The notes under the pieces were generated by a model. That model made no database searches. It was not told the origin of the DNA and saw only the letters and a program-made list of their open reading frames with translations. DNA of 64,000 nt from Takakia lepidozioides (taxonomy: Eukaryota; Plantae; Bryophyta): assembly GCA_030704615.1 (NCBI GenBank), contig CM060731.1:22878001-22942000 (forward strand), in the 5' to 3' direction. The position numbers and the translations under genes are program-made. Positions 61,668 through 64,000 of this stretch are shown here, in pieces (the stretch's first letter is position 1; each line of letters opens with the position of its first letter).

Positions 61668-63899
61668 TATCCTGCAATCATCGCACTCCACGACACAACA
61701 TCTCGTTCAGCCATACTGTCGAACACTCCCTTCATACATGTCCACAAGGGTATTGTTCTGAATGACATTTTGTACAATTGCAGGTCTGACAATGCACCCA
61801 CATTTGGCATACCTGTCCGCCATGGCACAAACGTGATGTGGTTGGGCTTCACCCCTTCATGCATCATTTGCTCATAGGTCTCCAAAGCATTCGTACCACA
61901 CCCATGCTTGGTAGATCCTCATCTCTATTATCTGTTTTTAGATACTTTCATGCTGCCACATTGGCAGTTACTTGTCAAAGTCATTCCAAACCACCACAGA
62001 ACCACCCAACGAGCTAACTTACAGAATTCAATATGCGACTCAGGGCTGAGTCTGATGAGAGCGCAAAACAGGCTGAAATAGATCGACAAAGAAGGTGCCC
62101 TCACCACATTGTCCTTGCTTTTCCAGGGCTCCCAGGCTTTTTTTACGCTTTGCAAACACGAACAAATGTGATGTGGTTGGGCTTCACCCCTTCGCGCAGC
62201 ATTTGCTCATACATTTTGAATGCTTCTGTACCATATCCATGTTGAGCATATCCTGCAATCATTGCACTCCATGAGGGCTTCACCACTTCCCCCATCATTT
62301 GTTCATAGGTCTCCAAAGCCTCCATCACGTGCCCCTGCTGTGCATACCCTGCAAGCATCGCGTTCCACGACACCACATTTCTTTCAACCACAGTGTTGAA
62401 AACTCCCTTTGCATCCTCGATCCACCCACATTTGGCATATGTCCACCAGGGCAGTGTTCAGGATGAATCTGGTGCAATTCCAGCTTTGACGATGTCACCA
62501 TGGACCTCTTTCCCATTTTCCAGGGCTCCCAGGCTTGCACACGCATTGCAACCTTGGTACAATTCCAGCTTTGATGATGTCACCATACACCCCTTTGCCC
62601 TTTTCCAGGGCTGCCACGCTTGCACAAGCATTGCAAATGCTCACAAACGTGATGTGGTTGCATTTCACCCCTCCCCCCATCATTTGCTCATAGGTATGAT
62701 CCAAGGCCTCCATCCCGTGCCCCTGCTGTGCATACCCTGCAAGCATGGCGTTCCATGACACCAAATCTCGTTTAGCCATATTGTTGAACACTCCCTCCGC
62801 ATCCTCAATGCTCCCACATTTGGCATACATGTCCACGAGGGTATTGTTCAGAATCACATCTGTACAATTCCAGCTTTGGCGATGCAACCATGCACCTCTT
62901 TGCCCTTTTCCAGGGCTGCCAAGCTTGCACACGCACTGCAAACGCACACAAACGTGATGTGGTCGCGCTTCACCCCTTCCCCCATCATTTGCTCATAGGT
63001 CTCCAAGTCCTCCATCCCACGCCCTGCTGTGCATATCCTGCAAGCATCACGTTCCACGACAATAAATCTCGTTCAGCCATATTGTTGAACACTCCCTCTG
63101 CATCCTCAATGCTCCCACATTTGGCATATATGTCCACCAGGGCAGTGTTCAGGATCACACCTGGTATAGTTCCAGCTTTGGCGATGCAACCATGCACCTC
63201 TTTGCCATTTTCCAAGGCTGCCAGACTTGCACACGCATTGCAAATGCACACAAACGTGATGTGGTCGGGCTTCACCCCTTCCCCCATCATTTGCTCATAA
63301 GTCTCCAAAGCCTCCATCCCACGTCCCTGTTGTGAATACCCTGCAAGCATCGCGTTCCACGACACCACATCTTGTTCAGCCATTTGAAAACTCCCTTCAC
63401 ATCCTTCTTGCACCCACATTTGGCATACATGTCCACCAGGGCAGTGTTCAGGATGACATCGGGTACAAATCCAGCTTTGACGATGTCACCATGGACCTCT
63501 TTCCCCTTTTCTAGAGCTCCTAGGCTTGCACACGCATTGCAAACACAAACAAATGTGTTGCGGTTGGGCTTCACCCCTTCGCACATCAATTGCTCATAGG
63601 TCTCCAAAGCCTCCATCCCGCATACTTGCTGTGCATATCCTGCAATCGTCGCACTCCACGACACCACATCTCATTCAGCCATATTGTCGAACACTCCCTT
63701 TCCATCCTCGATGCACTCACATTTGACATACATGTCCAGCAGGACAGTGTTCAGAATGACGTCGGGTACAATTCCAGATTTGAGGATGTCACCATGGACC
63801 TCTTTGCATCTTTCCAGGGCTGCCACGCTTGCACACGCATTGCCAATGCAAACAAACGTTATGCGGTTGGGCTTCACCTCTTCGCACATCATTTGCTCA
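61668..63899 (-). pseudogene. Degenerate PLS-class PPR repeat array, proximal part
   Basis: About 7 P-L-S triplets (~300-bp period) broken by frameshifts and deletions. Non-PPR sequence starts at ~63900. Confidence 0.9.
61916..62112 (-). other. ~200-bp OSB/PDF-gene intron-exon fragment embedded in the PPR array outside the CACTA
   Basis: The reverse complement (ACAATGTGGTGAGGGCACCTTCTT..GTAAGTTAGCT..GAAAGTATC..GAGATGAGGA) aligns with 58413-58610. Confidence 0.85.
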
Positions 63900-64000
63900 G
63901 AGGAAGTGCTGATGTAAAGATGTAAAGACCCAGTTGCATCTGTCAAAGTCCCTTTGGAGTGAAAGTAGGTGACCAAAATGATAAAACAGTAGGAGGCCAC

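Noticed and set aside
55221-63899. A functional PPR-DYW editing factor
   Set aside because: Numerous frameshifts, a transposon insertion, and no E/E+/DYW (HxE..CxxC) domain in the window.

Overview
This is eukaryotic nuclear DNA from a gene-dense land plant with short introns. It encodes IFT88 (ciliated sperm) and many PLS-class PPR repeats, so a seed-free plant such as a bryophyte/hornwort is inferred. Positions 1.8-49.6 kb hold seven intact genes: NOC1/MAK21 (CEBPZ-like), organellar alanyl-tRNA synthetase, an intronless TPR+SET protein, ALG1/TURAN, IFT88, a BET1 SNARE and a TVP38/TMEM64 (DedA/VTT) protein. Three of these genes have introns carrying 11 sense-oriented, 5'-truncated copies of one non-LTR retrotransposon that inserts at TC repeats and has a conserved 3' hairpin. 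The last ~13 kb is accessory. It contains (1) a truncated CACTA element whose spliced TnpA-like ORF is fused in frame to an FCP1/SCP-type HAD phosphatase domain, (2) a degenerate, internally duplicated PLS-PPR array, and (3) a complete 4.7-kb Pack-CACTA element of the same family (TIRs, TAT TSD) inserted in that array. The Pack-CACTA has replaced its own coding region with same-strand fragments of an OSB/PDF-motif gene, an SKIP31-like F-box gene and a PPR gene. Family assignments come from recalled motifs, not from database searches.
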